A stretch of 64,000 nucleotides of DNA from Takakia lepidozioides (Eukaryota > Plantae > Bryophyta), in the NCBI GenBank assembly GCA_030704615.1, contig CM060732.1, positions 30,628,001 through 30,692,000 of the forward strand, read 5' to 3'. How positions within the stretch are numbered: position 1 is the stretch's first letter; each line of letters opens with the position of its first letter. Below, in pieces: positions 61,301 to 64,000 of the stretch. Both the position numbers and the translations under genes were made by a program. The notes under the pieces were generated by a model. The model was not told where the DNA came from. It did no database searches and was given only the letters and a program-made list of their open reading frames with translations.

Positions 61301-62802
61301 GTCAGGGCAACACACATTGCCCCCCATTTTCAGTGTCGTAAGTTACTTCATGCTTTGAGAGACAAATACAGAAAGCAAAAGGACAGTAACTGATGCACAT
61401 TCTAACAAGCATGGGCAGCCAGGGCTGAATTATCAAACTAAGTGTGATAAACAGATAACATTTTCTAACCGGTAATCAGCCGAAAGACTGTAGCAAAGAA
61501 ACCAACCATGTACCAAGACAGAACTGTGCTGAGAGCTAGTTGTTTGTCTGTGCACCAGGAAATGAATGAGAAGGACTTCAACAATCTGGACTACAAAGAG
61601 TGGCACATTGGAGTGGTAAGTGTTGTTCAGAGGCTTCTTCACATTCCACTGATAGAAAACTCTCCCCCTACACCATTTTGGGAGCCTACTATTCTTCTCA
61701 TTCTCTGCATCCACAAGAATTAGAGTCTTATTTCACGAGACTCTGAAGCATGTTTTGGAAATGTCACGAGGATGTTTCTATTGGTGCCATAGACTTTCAT
61801 CCTAGGTGGAAGCAACAATTTTCTTATTCTACTTCGTTCACCTCTCTCTCTCTCTCTCCTTCCCATGCTTGCTAAACAGGGTAGGGCAGGATCTAGAAGA
61901 GCATCTCTTCTTTCATTGTCCTCTCCATGTGAATAAGGGGTCACTACAGCCACCTATTGACGCAAGGTTTCCACTACGAGGATGAGAAATGCCTTACTGT
62001 GGATCTCCAATTCAAATAATCACTCCACGTTGACTTGTGTGGTGGCAATGTGCCACACTATCTGCTTCCCATGAACATTCTAACGTTCCTACCTCTCTCT
62101 CTCTCAACAAACAACAATGCTTAATTCGAGTTTGATCTCAGGCATCAAATAGTGTCTCATACCGACTAACTGTGAGCTTTGGTGACCTGTTGGGTATTGC
62201 AGTCAACTTCTGTCGGACAAGAGGCAGGAGGCCAGTGGCCAGTGTTGGTGATTGTTCAGAACCCAGGAAAATCCAGCTTTGGCTTCAAGGATGACTTGCA
62301 TTCATCAGAAAATCTACAAACTGCATACAGCATTCCAGCAAGTCTGCAACAATCATCCGTTCTCTCATCGCCACCCCCAAGAACTCCCCAAGGGTCTGAC
62401 CCATCCTGTTCTCTGGTGGAAAACTTGGAGCTTCTCACTACTGCTCCACAACCATCCTGCAAAGGCTTCCAGCAACGCCCTCCTGGTCCTTTGCACGGTC
62501 CCTCCGTTTTCAACCGTTGTGACGTCGGCAGTGTAGGTGGACGTGCCACCCTGAAGGAGAGTGCCATTTCTGCTGCCAGGGATTGGGGTTGGAATATGGA
62601 AGGGGACCAAGATTTTGGCAGGGCGGAAGGTTACACTGCATTGAAGGTTGACGAGGTAGTGGTTGATGTCAGGGATTTTCAGGCCTCTGCTTCAGTTCCC
62701 TTGGGCATGAAGAACTGCGATCCTGCCTTTTCACAACATTCGTCCTTGCGTGGCTACTCTGCTACATCTAAAATCTTCTCGCAATCCCTTCTCCCTAAGT
62801 AG
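58308..62802 (+). CDS. Conserved plant multi-pass (about 7 TM) membrane protein, possibly GPR107/TMEM87-like; 9 coding exons
   Basis: Exons ~58308-58463, 58599-58675, 59215-59443, 59563-59717, 59822-59867, 60200-60290, 61242-61337, 61559-61615 and 62203-62802 splice into YRPLPYLFFWL..W..NTW, LQWVLTAVPVLKAL, FLLISHGYCI, LREQL, KFTMFKRFQ, YIGWIFRS, PPIFSVEM, EWHIGV. Confidence 0.85.
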
Positions 62803-64000
62803 CACTGTATGAACTCAGCAAGAGCATTCCGTACCGTAGCCGTTGGTGTCAGTCACGATACAAATTCTTTTCTGTAGTTCCTCTGTCCCTAAGCCCTTCT
62901 GCGGTCCCGTGGGGTGGCCATGGCCACGTAGATTGTTCATTTTTTACCACTCACACTGGGGACAATCTCCTGCTACACGCATCTGCCTGCTCCTCATTTA
63001 TAATCAAATGTACACTACGAAGACGTGCATACAAATCAAATCATCGCAAAACGATTTGCAGGAATTATCCATAACTCGCCTGAGAAGTGTTGAGCTCACG
63101 TGTGTGGCGTGGTGCATCGTGTTGGTGTCGTCCGAAAAAGATGCAGTGCAAATGAGTGCATGTTATGATGTGGGTTGGTTTGTTGGGTGGAGTGTAGGGT
63201 GGTGACGGTGAGATGGGGAGGAGGTCGGGATTTGTGTAGCTGGCTGGGCAGTGTGTTTTCCGGATTATCTTGGTATCTTGGTAGTTCGTAGTGAAACAAG
63301 TTCGTAGTCGTATGCAGGAGATGCATTCATGCAGTTATAGATCTGGAGACTACGACTACGTCCCAGAGCTGATATGGCAGAAAATCTAACCAAGGACATG
63401 GAGCTGGATTTGGACTTGCTGGGACTTCCAGCGCTGTGCATCTCCTTCGTCCGTTAATGCATGTTCATCAGTACCCGAGGGACGTTGGGGTCGCCGGCAG
63501 TTCTCGTCTCACCGACCCGGATGAGGGATTGACAGATGGTCAGGATGAACATTCCGTGATGATTTCTAATGGCCCTGTCGGAGATAAATTTGTGCCGACT
63601 CTCCGAAGAAGTCATTCATGTCCGCGGATTCGACCAAGTCAACGGCGCAATGCCAGATTCCGGCTATGGCCCTGGAGGACTCGACAAATGAAGTCAGGGT
63701 GAATAACCCACGAATTCTGGCAAGCGTCTCTCCGGAGTGTGAGGGCTGGAGAACTCGGATATTGCACAGGAGAAAGGTAACCAGACTCAATCTGATCAAA
63801 CACCCTCTCGTGATCTCACTGACGATTGAATTCTGGTCTTCTCAAGATGTTATAGATGAGATGGACAAATTGGTGCAGATCGACAACAATGTTTTTCATG
63901 GCAACCTTACCAAATGTACCATACAACTTTACCTCCCAGTTGCAGCGAGTGGAGCGGCTTTGATGCAGAATATTCAAGCTTCATCGAAGTAACTGTTGTT

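Noticed and set aside
63300-64000. A further gene at the window end
   Set aside because: Only short ORFs without recognisable motifs; possibly the 3' part of a minus-strand gene, but not supportable from this window.

Overview
Eukaryotic, intron-rich nuclear DNA from a land plant. The PLS-DYW PPR genes and repeat content suggest a non-seed lineage; the species cannot be determined. The right half holds two apparently intact conserved genes: a kinesin-7 (minus strand, about 38.1-48.7 kb) and a conserved plant multi-TM protein (plus strand, about 58.3-62.8 kb). MITEs and other decayed DNA-transposon sequence surround them. The left half is accessory DNA with three unusual systems. (1) About 1-9.95 kb: a decayed, inversion-scrambled element with two paralogous, intron-containing beta-class amino (N6A/N4C) DNA methyltransferase-like genes. 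One is fused to a ParB/sulfiredoxin-like domain, and the introns carry about 16 copies of one palindrome. (2) About 11.9-16.6 kb: a PLS-class PPR-E-DYW editing-factor gene whose N-terminus is 3-4 tandem OSB-type PDF ssDNA-binding motifs, plus a broken paralog. (3) 19240-30883: an 11.6 kb Ty3/gypsy retrotransposon with a C5-cytosine methyltransferase between protease and RT and a PHD finger after the integrase. It has a self-complementary (Tf1-like) PBS and a circularly permuted split-LTR layout (A1-internal-B1-A2-B2) flanked by a 4-bp TSD, as if a 2-LTR circle had been integrated at an internal LTR site. Many single-base frameshifts in the repetitive parts may be consensus errors rather than decay. 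All calls come from reading the sequence by eye; no searches were run.
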